Of a stretch of DNA of 64,000 nucleotides, positions 18,823-29,206 are shown piece by piece. Source of the DNA: Candidatus Kerfeldbacteria bacterium (GTDB lineage Bacteria > Patescibacteriota > Patescibacteriia > SBBC01). Each line of letters begins with the position of its first letter. Within the stretch, counting starts at the first letter, position 1. Where the stretch lies: NCBI GenBank assembly GCA_043799405.1, contig JAZDNT010000002.1, forward strand, positions 10,716 to 74,715, given 5' to 3'. The position numbers and the translations under genes are program-made. Below the pieces are notes generated by a model. It ran no database searches. It had not been told where the DNA came from and saw only the letters and a list, made by a program, of their open reading frames with translations.

Positions 18823-21522
18823 CTATGGACATCCTGTAAGCGGCGCATCGAGCGGGTACTGGTTTTTCCCTGCGCCGAGAGGGTTATAGCCCCCGCAGAT
18901 TTCCGTCTTGTCGTCGTAGGAGTCGCCATCAGTATTCTTTTTGTTCTTGTCGGTGAAGTAGAGGAACGATTCTTCGTTATCACTGATGCCGTCGTTGTCA
19001 GTGTCAGTAGTGCTTGGGGTAATCAATGACCCGAACGCTGCGGTGAATTGGCTCATGGACTGCGACCCGGCGATTGTCTTGACGATTGTACCGTTTTTGT
19101 CCAGGACGAATGTCGTCGGAACGCCCGTGACGCCAGCTGTGTCGCCGCTCGCCTTGTCTGTTGCAAGCAGTGTTGCCGTTTCTGTGGAAGAGGTGCACTG
19201 CGAGAACGCTGTCGCATTAATCCCAACGTCGGAAGCAACCAACGAGGCAAGGTCAGTTGTGGTTGACGGATTTGCCTTCATGTCGACGAAGAGGTCATCG
19301 ACGTAGTTCCAATACTGTTGTTGGGTGCCGAGCTTCCGTGCGCATAATGCGCCGATTGCAGCGCCACGTGCTTTTGTATGGATCGATTCCAGCGGGTACT
19401 GCCGGATGACCCATCTGACGCTATTGCCGTAGCTTGCCATGACGCTGCGCAGAGTATCGTGTCCGGTTAGGCAGAAGGGGCATTCGAAATCGGTGTATTC
19501 GACAAGGGTGAAGGTGGCAGTGGTTGCACCCAGTGCTTTTTCCGCTGAAGTGACCGGTGATACGGAAACTGGCGAAACGCGGCTGCTGTTCGTGTTGACG
19601 TTTGAATTGGTGTTGACCGGATGCTCGCGCAAATATTTTTCGGATGAGGTTTCTTTCTCGAGCGAGTAGTCCTTACTTGTCATCGTGTTCGTACCGTTCG
19701 CATACGTTTCTTTGTAGTACGAATACCGCGGTGAGTCGCTGAACGTCAGCTGGTACGTAACCTTGAAGTCGTCGCCGTCCTTTGTATGGGCGTACGTTTT
19801 TTCGGTGTAGACGTCCGTGATGTTGACTGATTTCTTCTCGTATTTCTTATACGTGTAGCAGTTGTAGTCGTACGGATCATTCATTTGGCTGTAGGAGCTC
19901 CCGTTTGTGTTCGCGTTGGCATTGCGGGCCTGCGCGTCCTTCGTGCATTGTTCGTTCCATTCCCGCATTTTCGGGGTTAGCTGGTCAAGCGAATCGGGAT
20001 ACGAACCGACCTTCTGTTGGTAGGCGTTCAGGACGGTCCGGAGCTCCGTGATCCTGCTGATCTGTTTTTCCGCCTGCTGGTCCTCTTTTGTGATACCGGT
20101 AAGGAGTCGCGTCGCTTCGTCGAGATCAATGGGGTTACCGGGCGCATCGATCGAGACCTTCTGGTTCACCTTTTCGAGCGTCAACGTCATGCTGATGAGG
20201 AACTGCTTGTCTTTGAGCTTTTCGACGTTTTCGGGCGGGACGATGACGAGGTCCGATTTTACCTGACGGAGGTACCCATTGACCTTGTCGACCCATACCT
20301 CAACGCGGGAGTTGTCCGCTACCCTCTGTTGCATCGCGAGGTACTCGGGGTCGATCAAGCTTTTATGAAGCGTTTCGTACGCATCGACATTCTTGTTGTT
20401 CGCACGCTCTTCGGTTATGAACGCATCGTAGACGGCGGCGACCTTCGTCGGGTCATACGTGATAAGATAGTGTTCCGATTTCACGCCGGCGATCGTTTCC
20501 GCGGGGAGTTTTTGCTTTACGGTGTAGAGTTTTTCCTTCAGCGCGAGCTTGAAGATGCGCTTGAACGTATCGATGAACTTGCGCGTATCAATTTCGTCAA
20601 GGGATTTCGGATCGTACCAGTCAGAGTCGTCAGACGTTAGCTTCACCCATTTTCCCTTGATCGCCGTGGTGTCCACGAAGAGGTTCGGGAACTTATTAAT
20701 GATGCCGTAGAGCTCCTCGCCTTTCTTGCGCGCCTCGACGTCAACTGCCGCCGAGACGTCACTTCCAGTATACGAACCGTCGATACGGATCGATCCGTCG
20801 GCCTGGCTCAGCTTCTTGTCCGCCTCAATGTAGAGCGTTATGCCGCCGGTGAGATTAATGTCGCTCGGGATATACTGGAAGAGCGATGAGTAGTAGTCGC
20901 TAAGATCCGAAGAGCTCCCGCCAAGACCAAGCAACGGATTGGTCGGCTGGCCGAGTCCGACATCTCCCCCGATATCTTCGATCACGTAGCTGTTGGTGTT
21001 TGATGCGTTGAGGTTCTCTTTCGTCGAGGCATTCGTGTTGACGTTCGTTGCATCATCCGTCGTAACGCCGGCGACCGCACCGCGCAGCTTGAAGGGGTTA
21101 AGGAACGAAACGTTCGCGTTGCTGTTGCCCGGTTTGAAGATCGGCGTATATTTCGATTCGCGCGGTTCGCCCTTGATGCTGAGGCGGAGCGAGTACTGCG
21201 CGTTCTTTATCTCGGAGATCGAATCGACCATCTTATCGAACAGCTGGTCGGCCTTCGGCGTTATTCCAGGTATCGCGATGTACCCCCTGCTGTACGCGAA
21301 GTATCCGCCTCCTGCGAGACCAGCGACGATAACCCCGATAACGACGAATATGATCCACTTCTTCGATCGGGCAGGCGTTGGAAGTTCGGGCGTCGGCGCG
21401 CTCGTCGGTTTCCAATAGCCGGAAAGTTCGCGCGCGGGATCCTGTTGTGGCGTTGGCGGCTGTGGTACGTTTCCCGGCGGAGGCGGGGGAGTCATTTCGA
21501 GGTCAGAGAAGACGTCTTTCAT
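18823..21522 (-). CDS. large membrane-anchored surface protein with DsbA-like thioredoxin domain and C-terminal TSP3-like calcium-binding module
   Basis: 899 aa protein with a Pro-rich N-terminal tail followed by a TM (KKWIIFVVIGVIVAGLAGGG). The DsbA-like block is FTLVEYTDFECPFCLTGHDTLRSV...QYW, with a CxxC. The C-terminus is DTDNDGISDNEESFLYFTDKNKKNTDGDSYDDKTEICGGYNPLGAG. Confidence 0.7.
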   Translation of the reverse strand: MKDVFSDLEMTPPPPPGNVPQPPTPQQDPARELSGYWKPTSAPTPELPTPARSKKWIIFVVIGVIVAGLAGGGYFAYSRGYIAIPGITPKADQLFDKMVDSISEIKNAQYSLRLSIKGEPRESKYTPIFKPGNSNANVSFLNPFKLRGAVAGVTTDDATNVNTNASTKENLNASNTNSYVIEDIGGDVGLGQPTNPLLGLGGSSSDLSDYYSSLFQYIPSDINLTGGITLYIEADKKLSQADGSIRIDGSYTGSDVSAAVDVEARKKGEELYGIINKFPNLFVDTTAIKGKWVKLTSDDSDWYDPKSLDEIDTRKFIDTFKRIFKLALKEKLYTVKQKLPAETIAGVKSEHYLITYDPTKVAAVYDAFITEERANNKNVDAYETLHKSLIDPEYLAMQQRVADNSRVEVWVDKVNGYLRQVKSDLVIVPPENVEKLKDKQFLISMTLTLEKVNQKVSIDAPGNPIDLDEATRLLTGITKEDQQAEKQISRITELRTVLNAYQQKVGSYPDSLDQLTPKMREWNEQCTKDAQARNANANTNGSSYSQMNDPYDYNCYTYKKYEKKSVNITDVYTEKTYAHTKDGDDFKVTYQLTFSDSPRYSYYKETYANGTNTMTSKDYSLEKETSSEKYLREHPVNTNSNVNTNSSRVSPVSVSPVTSAEKALGATTATFTLVEYTDFECPFCLTGHDTLRSVMASYGNSVRWVIRQYPLESIHTKARGAAIGALCARKLGTQQQYWNYVDDLFVDMKANPSTTTDLASLVASDVGINATAFSQCTSSTETATLLATDKASGDTAGVTGVPTTFVLDKNGTIVKTIAGSQSMSQFTAAFGSLITPSTTDTDNDGISDNEESFLYFTDKNKKNTDGDSYDDKTEICGGYNPLGAGKNQYPLDAPLTGCP

Positions 21523-21705
21523 ATTGTTATTAGTTAAAGGACAGAACTTTCCTGTTCCGTGACCATTAGTAATGAAATATGAGTAATAGATTTCATGTTT
21601 ATTTCATCGTAAGTATATCACATTTTCAGCAAAAAATCAACTTATGTTGCTTTATATAATTGTTTGGGGATTTGTGGAAACGCTCTATGGAAATGACCCG
21701 TCCGG

Positions 21706-22830
21706 TTAATATTCGTATTGCCCTTGTCCGTTCGGACGGTACCCTCTCATTATTTCGTCGTAATCGCCGTAGCCGTCACCGTCGGTGTCCTTATTCGAAT
21801 CGCTGCTCTCATAGACGTTTTCAAGAAACAGCACCACGCCGTCGTGATCCGTATCGGTAGTGAGGTCGTGTCGGGCCGTTTCAACCTCGGTCGACGGATT
21901 TTTGCATTTGATCGTTCCCGTCGGATCGTTCAGACGGTCCCGGAGGTATGCAGATAGCGGATTGTTCGGCATTTTTCCGGTGATGTCTGGGTATGTATCC
22001 AATGCGCACGTAGCGAATAGGAACGAGGTCATATCGAGTGCCGACTGGAGGCCGCGCTGCAACGCATCGGACATCGATCCCTGGACCAGTCCTCGTTCGC
22101 AGTAACTTCGTAGATCGTCGCTGACGATTGGACCGCAGTCGTTCGTCGGTGTATCGACGTATGCGAAAGAGGCGATTGTCAGATAGCACCAGTCGCGATA
22201 GATGGTTTGCGGGTAGACCGCGCAGTCGAAATTCCCATACAGGTTCGCGAATCCCTTTATGCAATTGCGTATCCCGTCGTCGGAAATCGCGATGGCCGAC
22301 GGACGGTGTTCGAGCGCGATCTCGTCGCAAACCAGCGGATCACGGAACCCCGACGAAAGGTCGGTATAGCAGTCGTATTGTGTGTCCCGGTCCGTCCACG
22401 TGGTATGTGGCACCGCCGCGCATATCGCCTTGCCTCTTGAGAGCGTCGAGGGTGTTTTTTTCAATGCGGATGAAGTTGCTGTGTATGCCGGATTCCACGT
22501 TGAAAGCGGTACTGGAGGTGCCTTTTGGGGGACCAACGGTGCAGGACGGGTGATGGCAGTGTTTGTGTTGGCATTGAGCGTGCTCGCCTCATTGCTGTTT
22601 TGTGTCGTGTTGGTATTTCCGTTTTGGGGTGCGTCCGCGCCGCGGTTGGTATTTGTCTTTGCGGATGGCAGTACGATTATCCCTTTATAGAGGAGCACGG
22701 TGAATACAGCGAGCGCGCAAACGGCGACAATACCACCCGCGATCCTGAGGTTCTTTTTTGTATTCGAAGGTTGTGGCAATTGCGTTAACGGATCGTTTTC
22801 GACGTGTTCTCGACCGGGTTGCAATGTCAT
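21706..22830 (-). CDS. membrane-anchored Cys-rich surface protein with C-terminal TSP3-like calcium-binding module
   Basis: 374 aa protein with a TM (RIAGGIVAVCALAVFTVLLY) and many Cys. The C-terminus is DTDHDGVVLFLENVYESSDSNKDTDGDGYGDYDEIMRGYRPNGQG. Confidence 0.65.
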   Translation of the reverse strand: MTLQPGREHVENDPLTQLPQPSNTKKNLRIAGGIVAVCALAVFTVLLYKGIIVLPSAKTNTNRGADAPQNGNTNTTQNSNEASTLNANTNTAITRPAPLVPQKAPPVPLSTWNPAYTATSSALKKTPSTLSRGKAICAAVPHTTWTDRDTQYDCYTDLSSGFRDPLVCDEIALEHRPSAIAISDDGIRNCIKGFANLYGNFDCAVYPQTIYRDWCYLTIASFAYVDTPTNDCGPIVSDDLRSYCERGLVQGSMSDALQRGLQSALDMTSFLFATCALDTYPDITGKMPNNPLSAYLRDRLNDPTGTIKCKNPSTEVETARHDLTTDTDHDGVVLFLENVYESSDSNKDTDGDGYGDYDEIMRGYRPNGQGQYEY

Positions 22831-22842
22831 GATGCGTCTATA

Positions 22843-24876
22843 TTATCGGTGTTTTCCTAAGGGTCTCGGCATTTTCCGTATTTGATTTCGACGTTTCGTT
22901 TTCGGTTTTTCCATTCGCATGTTAAGTGCTTGGATCTGATCGCGGAGTATCGCAGCTTTTTCGAACTCAAGGTTTTTGCTTGCGAGGTCCATTTGGGTAG
23001 TGAGTTCGCTCATGAGGCGTCCGATCTCTGAGTCTGGTATGTCTGCGAGTGGCAGCTTCGGCACCTGTTCTTCCGCAAGCTTTCTGCCGGAAAGCCGGTC
23101 GTCGCGGATAGCTTTCATAATACCTGTCGGAGTGATGTTATGCTCTCTGTTGTAGCGTTCCTGTACGGCGCGTCTCCGCTCGACCTCGTCGATCGCGCGT
23201 TGCATCGAACCGGTAATGTGGTCTGCGTACATGATGACGTGGCCGTTGATGTGGCGCGACGCCCTTCCCATGGTCTGGATGAGCGCGGTCTTCGAGCGGA
23301 GGAATCCCTCTTTATCGGCGTCGACGATCGCGACGAGCGATACCTCGGGGAGATCGAGTCCTTCACGAAGCAGGTTAATTCCGACGATGACATCATAGAT
23401 GCCGAGGCGTAGATCGCGCAGAATCTCTAGCCGTTCCATCGTATCGACGTCGGCATGGAGGTACTGCACCTTGATGCCGAGTTCCTTGAGGTAGTCTGAA
23501 AGGTCTTCGGCAATGCGTTTGGTGAGTGTTGTTACGAGGACGCGCTGCTTCTTCGCGACCCGCGCCTTGATCGCGGAAAGAAGGTCGTCGACCTGTCCTT
23601 TCGTCGGCTTCACCTCTACGTCCGGATCAAGGAGCCCCGTCGGACGTACGAGTTGTTCAACGACCAGCGAAGATTCCGTTAGCTCGTATTCATCCGGCGT
23701 TGCAGAGACGAAGACGCGCTGTCCGATGCGTTGCTTGAATTCGTCGAACCGCAGCGGACGATTATCGAGCGCTGATGGCAGGCGGAAGCCGTAGTCGACG
23801 AGCACTTGCTTCCGAGAACGGTCGCCTTCGAACATGCCCCGTAGCTGTGGGACCGTCATGTGCGACTCGTCGATGAACAGCAGGAAGTCTTTCGGGAAGT
23901 AGTCGAGGAGCGTTGATGGCGGTTGACCAGGTTCACGGAAGTCAAAAAACCGCGAGTAGTTCTCGATACCGCTGCAGTACCCGACCGTTTCGAGCATTTC
24001 GAGATCGAAGTTCGTACGCTGCGAAAGTCGCTGCGCCTCGAGGTTTTTTCCGATCCGGTTAAGGGAATCGACCCGTTCCCGGAGCTCTTTCCTGATTGTG
24101 TCGATGATGCCGGTCATTGTATCCTGCGGCGTGACAAAGTGACGGCCGGGGAAGATCTCGACATGCTGGAGTTGCTCATGTTCTGTACCGGTAAGCGGAT
24201 CGAACATCGCGATCCGTTCGATATCGTCACCGTTGAACTGAATGCGGACGCCCTGCTCCTCGTAGGCAGGAATGATGTCGAGCGTATCGCCCCGAACGCG
24301 GTACGTACCGCGCTGGAGGTCTGTATCATTCCGCAGGTACAGGATGCTGTTGAGGTTCGTGAGAATGGACTGGCGTGAGCGGTGCTGTCCGACCGTGAGC
24401 GTAAACGCCGCCTTCTTGTACTCAAGGGGATTTCCGAGGCCGTAGATGCACGAAACCGAAGCGACGATGAGGACATCGCGGCGCGTGATGAGGTCGCGCG
24501 TCGCTGCGTTGCGGAGCCGGTCGATCTCCTCGTTGATATCGCTCTCCTTTTCGATGTACGTATCCGTCCGGGGTATGTACGCCTCCGGCTGGTAGTAGTC
24601 GTAGTATGAGACGAAGTAGTGTACGGCGTTTTTAGGGAAGAATTCCCTGAATTCGCTCGCGAGCTGCGCTGCGAGCGTTTTGTTGTGACTGATGATGAGC
24701 GCCGGGCGGTTCTGTTCCGCGATGACGTTCGCCATCGTGAACGTCTTGCCTGAACCAGTGACACCGAGGAGCGTTTGAACTTTATCCCTATGATGCAATC
24801 CTCCTATGAGTTTTTCTATTGCACCTGGCTGGTCGCCGGTCGGCTTGAAGCGCGACGCTAGCTTGAAAGATGACAT
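22843..24876 (-). CDS. uvrB: excinuclease ABC subunit B
   Basis: The start is at [23 protein letters not shown]. Walker A ([10 protein letters not shown]), helicase motifs and a C-terminal UVR domain ([15 protein letters not shown]) are present. Confidence 0.95.
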   Translation of the reverse strand: MSSFKLASRFKPTGDQPGAIEKLIGGLHHRDKVQTLLGVTGSGKTFTMANVIAEQNRPALIISHNKTLAAQLASEFREFFPKNAVHYFVSYYDYYQPEAYIPRTDTYIEKESDINEEIDRLRNAATRDLITRRDVLIVASVSCIYGLGNPLEYKKAAFTLTVGQHRSRQSILTNLNSILYLRNDTDLQRGTYRVRGDTLDIIPAYEEQGVRIQFNGDDIERIAMFDPLTGTEHEQLQHVEIFPGRHFVTPQDTMTGIIDTIRKELRERVDSLNRIGKNLEAQRLSQRTNFDLEMLETVGYCSGIENYSRFFDFREPGQPPSTLLDYFPKDFLLFIDESHMTVPQLRGMFEGDRSRKQVLVDYGFRLPSALDNRPLRFDEFKQRIGQRVFVSATPDEYELTESSLVVEQLVRPTGLLDPDVEVKPTKGQVDDLLSAIKARVAKKQRVLVTTLTKRIAEDLSDYLKELGIKVQYLHADVDTMERLEILRDLRLGIYDVIVGINLLREGLDLPEVSLVAIVDADKEGFLRSKTALIQTMGRASRHINGHVIMYADHITGSMQRAIDEVERRRAVQERYNREHNITPTGIMKAIRDDRLSGRKLAEEQVPKLPLADIPDSEIGRLMSELTTQMDLASKNLEFEKAAILRDQIQALNMRMEKPKTKRRNQIRKMPRPLGKHR

Positions 24877-24952
24877 ACAATGAGTGTAGCATGATGTCCG
24901 AAACAGATGCACAGCACATCATTGACGCGCCCCCTCTAAACCTACTACAGTA

Positions 24953-26716
24953 GTGAGTAGAACTATGCCACGGTATATTAGGGTCGATACTGAGGTGCAG
25001 CGGAGCGTTAAAATCGCCCACGCCATTTCAGTCGGCATTTATCTCGTTGCAGCGATCGGGCTTGCGAGCATCCTTGGAGGTCTCGTTCTCCAATTTGCTT
25101 TTCAGGGCGGAGTTTCTGTTCAGTCTGTTGCTGCCGATTCTACGAACAGTGCCAATCTGATCTGGTCAGCACCGGGAGACGACGAGAACGTTGGCACCGC
25201 GGCAAGCTACACCGTTCGTTACTCGACATCGCCTCTTGACAACAACAGCTGGGCAAGCGCAGTGACCGCACAGAACCCCCCAACCCCATTCCCAGCTAGC
25301 ACCGTGCAGACGATGACCGTTGCAGGCCTTAATCCCGGAACGACGTACTACTTTGGTATCAAGAGCAAGGACGACGCGGGAAACGAGTCTGCGCTTTCGA
25401 ACGTTGCATCGAAAAAGACCGAGACGAAAGCCTGCGTGCCGGATTGGTCGTGTACGCTGTGGTCGATATGCAAGGATGGGTCGCAAATTCGGAGCTGCAT
25501 CGATGTTGCCGAGACCGCATGCAATTCAGACTACAACAGGCCGATCGAGAGCCAGACGTGTTCTGCGCAAAACCCGGCATGGGAAGCATGTTCAGAACGA
25601 TGGTCGTGCTCGGAGTGGACCCCCTGCGTCAGCGGATTACGTATGCGCGCGTGTCAGGATGTCAACCGGTGCGGTACAACGACTAACAGGCCGGCAGTAT
25701 CCTATGATTGCAGCGCAGGAGGACCACCGCCGGAAAATCCCCTTCCTGCGTACCTCGTAACAACCCAAGCAAAAGGAGGGAAGCCACAGGTAAAGGTCTA
25801 CAGCGCGACAGCCGGCAGTAAGTCGATCGCGTCATTTAACGCATACAAAGCGAGTTACCGTAACGGCCTCTTTATCTCTGGCGGGGACATCGAGCGGAAG
25901 GGTGGCTCGAACGTTGTCGTCGGATCAGGCATCGGAAGCATTCCTGAGGTTCAGCTGTATACTTTGAAGGGAAAACTCGTAACACGGTACTTCCCTTTCA
26001 CGAAGAAAATGAAAACCGGTGCTGCGGTCGCGGTCGCAGATGTTAGTGGTGACGGTTTTAATGACATTGTCATAGCGCCTGCTGGTAACTATCCCGGATT
26101 CGTAAGGGTTTCCCGGTACAACCCAACGAGCAAGAAATTCACGAGGTTCGCTGAATTTTCGGCACAGTCATCGAAGTATCGTGGTGGCGTGAACATTGCG
26201 GCCGCGGACCTCGACCAGAACGGGTTTGCCGAGATCATCGTAGCGCCCGCATCGAAGGGCAGGCAATCGACTGTCGAGGTGTACGAATACGATAAAAAAA
26301 CAAAGAAGGTCGTTAAACGGACATCATTTTCCGCATACGCGAAAAGCTTCAACGGTGGAATGAAGGTTGGAAACGCCGATATCGATGGTGACGGCATCAA
26401 GGAAATACTCGTTTCACCGGCCCCCGGCGCTACCGATGTTCGCGTGTACTCATACTCGAATCGAAAAGCGCGCCTCATGGGAAAGTTCTTTGCCGGAAGC
26501 ACCCAGTTCAGGGGCGGAGTCGATGTCGCAGGCTCGGATGTGAACTTCGACGGGAAGGACGAAGTGCTAACCGCGATGTACTCGAACGGGCTCCCTGGTG
26601 TGCGGGTCTTTTCGTGGAACGCAACAACGAAGAAATTCAGCAGCACAAAATCGCCATATCCAACCTACGTCTTCAGCACGACGTTCCTTAAGGGGATACG
26701 CATCGTGGCGATGTAA
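24953..26716 (+). CDS. secreted or anchored protein with FN3 domain and FG-GAP (integrin-alpha-like) repeats
   Basis: 587 aa protein with an N-terminal TM or signal sequence. The FN3-like segment is ANLIWSAPGDDENVGTAASYTVRYS...GTTYYFGIKSKDDAGNES. Repeated D-x-[DN]-x-DG-x-x-[DE] FG-GAP motifs include DVSGDGFNDIVIAP, DLDQNGFAEIIVAP and DIDGDGIKEILVSP. Confidence 0.7.
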   Translation: MSRTMPRYIRVDTEVQRSVKIAHAISVGIYLVAAIGLASILGGLVLQFAFQGGVSVQSVAADSTNSANLIWSAPGDDENVGTAASYTVRYSTSPLDNNSWASAVTAQNPPTPFPASTVQTMTVAGLNPGTTYYFGIKSKDDAGNESALSNVASKKTETKACVPDWSCTLWSICKDGSQIRSCIDVAETACNSDYNRPIESQTCSAQNPAWEACSERWSCSEWTPCVSGLRMRACQDVNRCGTTTNRPAVSYDCSAGGPPPENPLPAYLVTTQAKGGKPQVKVYSATAGSKSIASFNAYKASYRNGLFISGGDIERKGGSNVVVGSGIGSIPEVQLYTLKGKLVTRYFPFTKKMKTGAAVAVADVSGDGFNDIVIAPAGNYPGFVRVSRYNPTSKKFTRFAEFSAQSSKYRGGVNIAAADLDQNGFAEIIVAPASKGRQSTVEVYEYDKKTKKVVKRTSFSAYAKSFNGGMKVGNADIDGDGIKEILVSPAPGATDVRVYSYSNRKARLMGKFFAGSTQFRGGVDVAGSDVNFDGKDEVLTAMYSNGLPGVRVFSWNATTKKFSSTKSPYPTYVFSTTFLKGIRIVAM

Positions 26717-26770
26717 CCTTGTCGAAACCGCGTGCACGGTGGTAGTGTGCAGGCGTACGGTTGCAGTACT

Positions 26771-27325
26771 ATGATCGCATATCTCCATGGCACAATTCGG
26801 GTGAAGGACGCGCGCGCGGTCGTTATCGATGTCGGGGGCGTTGGGTATCGCGTTAACGTCGGGCCGTCGTTACTTAACGTTCCTGAGGGAAACACTGTTG
26901 ATGTCTTTACACACCTTCATTCTGGGGCTGACACGCTTGAGATCTACGGTTTCAGTACAGCTGATGAGCTTGGACTCTTTGAGTCACTGATAAAGGTATC
27001 GGGCGTCGGACCACGTTCCGCGCTTGCGATCATTGGCCAGACTTCGGCAGCTGAGGTCCGGAAGGCGATAATCGACGGGGATCCAGTACCGCTCACGCGG
27101 GCATCCGGGATCGGGAAGAAAACAGCAGAGAGGATCATCCTTGAGCTCTCTGGTACGCTAACGCAGCACGCTACCCCAGCCGAAGATGAGGTCATTGACG
27201 CCCTTGAGCGGCTTGGGTACACGAGACGTGAGGCGAACGACGCGCTCCGGCACATCGGACGGGACGTTACCGACGTCCGTGACAGAATACGCATTGCTCT
27301 GAAAGCTTTAAGCAAGAAGCCGTGA
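26771..27325 (+). CDS. ruvA: Holliday junction DNA helicase RuvA
   Basis: The start is at MIAYLHGTI. HhH motifs are LIKVSGVGPRSALAII and LTRASGIGKKTAERII, with a C-terminal domain DALERLGYTRREANDAL. Confidence 0.85.
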   Translation: MIAYLHGTIRVKDARAVVIDVGGVGYRVNVGPSLLNVPEGNTVDVFTHLHSGADTLEIYGFSTADELGLFESLIKVSGVGPRSALAIIGQTSAAEVRKAIIDGDPVPLTRASGIGKKTAERIILELSGTLTQHATPAEDEVIDALERLGYTRREANDALRHIGRDVTDVRDRIRIALKALSKKP

Positions 27326-28323
27326 GCTCGTGCGACATTCGACGCGCCGAGGACTCCGAGGGGTGGGACGAATTCGTTCTTCGTTGTACAAAACCAAATG
27401 AATTCCTGCAGAGCTGGCAGTGGGGCGTTTTTCAGCGCGCAGCAGGAAAGTACACCGAACGGATAGAGGTTCTTCTCGACGGCAAACGCGCCGCAGTCGC
27501 GCTTCTCGTACAGCATACGACGAGACTTTTACGAACATTCATCCTTGTTCCGCGGGGTCCAATCATCGATCCTGCGCTTCCTGCCGACCGTCAGCACGAG
27601 GTCTGGAAGGCGTTCATCAATCACGTCGACTCGGTCCGTACGCCGGATACCATGTTCTTGAAGATCGAGCCGAACCTAATTCCGCCCCAGGACGTCGGCT
27701 TTTCCGAAGGGTCGGGCGTCCATCCGGAACGCACGCTCCTCATTGATCTTACGAAGAACGAGCAGACGCTTCTGAGCGACATGCACCAGAAGACGCGGTA
27801 TAACATCAAGCTCGCCGAGCGCCACGGAGTAACCGTGGGATTCAGCCGGTCGCCTACCGACGTCGAGGAATTTCTTGCGTTACTGAAAGAAACTGCACAA
27901 CGGCAGAAGATAGGCATTTTTCCGTTACCGTACTACCGGACCATGGTCGAATCGTTGGGAGACTCGATTGAGGTCGCGGTCGCTCGGATGCATACGACTC
28001 CTGTCGCAGCCGGTCTCATGGTCCGTTTCGGATCCACCTTGACGTACCTTCACGGCGCTTCGTCCGCGGAACACCACCAGCACATGGCGCCGCACCTCTT
28101 GCAGTGGGAATCGATCGTTCGCGCGAAAGGCCTCGGGTGTTCGGTGTACGATTTTTTCGGGATCGCACCAGAAGGAACGGTCGATCATCGCTGGAACGGT
28201 ATTACCCGGTTCAAAATGGGGTTCGGTGGCACGGTCCATCAGTACGCCGGCGCGTTCAATCTCGTATACCAGCGCGCGTGGTACCTTGCGTACCGCCTCG
28301 CCAAAAGGGCCGCTGGTCGTTAA
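27322..28323 (+). CDS. FemAB-family peptidoglycan interpeptide-bridge aminoacyltransferase-like protein
   Basis: 333 aa protein. FLQSWQWGVFQRAAG and the overall layout fit the FemAB/GNAT-like fold. A GTG start overlaps the ruvA stop (GTGA). Confidence 0.7.
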   Translation: MSSCDIRRAEDSEGWDEFVLRCTKPNEFLQSWQWGVFQRAAGKYTERIEVLLDGKRAAVALLVQHTTRLLRTFILVPRGPIIDPALPADRQHEVWKAFINHVDSVRTPDTMFLKIEPNLIPPQDVGFSEGSGVHPERTLLIDLTKNEQTLLSDMHQKTRYNIKLAERHGVTVGFSRSPTDVEEFLALLKETAQRQKIGIFPLPYYRTMVESLGDSIEVAVARMHTTPVAAGLMVRFGSTLTYLHGASSAEHHQHMAPHLLQWESIVRAKGLGCSVYDFFGIAPEGTVDHRWNGITRFKMGFGGTVHQYAGAFNLVYQRAWYLAYRLAKRAAGR

Positions 28324-28339
28324 ACTGTTATCTGTATCT

Positions 28340-29047
28340 ATGACCACCATTGCTGTGATTATGGCCGCCGGGCGGGGGACCCGGATGAAGGACCTCTCCA
28401 ACAACAAACCGAAGCACCTTCTATCGGTGCTCGGTCGGCCGTTCCTTGACTACATCATTGAACGGTTGCGTAGCGCTGGACTTAAGGAAATCATCATCGT
28501 GACCGGCTACCAGAACCACGCGTTCGTACCGTACCGCGGTATTCCCGACATCCGCCTTATCGAGCAGCATCGGTTCCATGAGCGATATGGCACTGCTGCG
28601 GCGGTCGAGAACGTCAAGAACGCAGTCGGCAACCGTCCGTTCGTTGTCGTTGCCGGGGACAATCTCTACAGCGTGAAGGATCTTACCAAGATGACGATCG
28701 AAACGCCTTCGACGTGGATCGGCGGGTACCGGACCGCGGCATGGCAGGGAATGGGCATCCTGAAGCTTAAAGATGATGGTTCCCTTGATCGTATCATTGA
28801 AAAGCCGAAGACCTTCGTCGGCGACCTCATCAACGCGAGCCTGTACCACTTCACTCCGGAGATCTTTGACGTCATCGAACTCCTCGAGCCATCGCCTCGT
28901 GGCGAATATGAGATAACGGATGCTATCAACCTCATTGCGGAGCAAGAATCGGTCAACGTGTTTGAACTCGAGGACCGTTGGCTCGACCTGACGAGTCCGG
29001 ACGATATCGGGAAGATCGAAAAGGCGTTGAAGCAGAAAGCCGCATAA
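28340..29047 (+). CDS. sugar-phosphate nucleotidyltransferase (NTP_transferase family)
   Basis: The start is at MTTIAVIMAAGRGTRMKD, giving the G-x-G-T-R signature loop. 235 aa protein. Confidence 0.75.
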   Translation: MTTIAVIMAAGRGTRMKDLSNNKPKHLLSVLGRPFLDYIIERLRSAGLKEIIIVTGYQNHAFVPYRGIPDIRLIEQHRFHERYGTAAAVENVKNAVGNRPFVVVAGDNLYSVKDLTKMTIETPSTWIGGYRTAAWQGMGILKLKDDGSLDRIIEKPKTFVGDLINASLYHFTPEIFDVIELLEPSPRGEYEITDAINLIAEQESVNVFELEDRWLDLTSPDDIGKIEKALKQKAA

Positions 29048-29080
29048 TTTAGAGAGTTATTGAGTTCGCGCCCTGATGGC

Positions 29081-29155
29081 GCCTCCGTAGTTCAACGGAT
29101 AGAATGTAGGATTCCGGATCCTAAGATAGAGGTTCGATTCCTCTCGGGGGCACCA
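29081..29155 (+). tRNA. tRNA-Arg (anticodon CCG), CCA encoded
   Basis: GCCTCCG-TA-GTTC-AACGGATA-GAAT-G-TAGGA-TTCCGGA-TCCTA-AGAT-AGAGG-TTCGATT-CCTCT-CGGGGGC-A-CCA. It is flanked by a 12-bp inverted repeat, GCGCCCTGATGG on the left and CCATCAGGGCGT on the right. Confidence 0.85.
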
Positions 29156-29206
29156 TCAGGGCGTGAATAGTTTCCGGCCTAAAGGCCGGATCCGGCTCCG
29201 CTGGAC

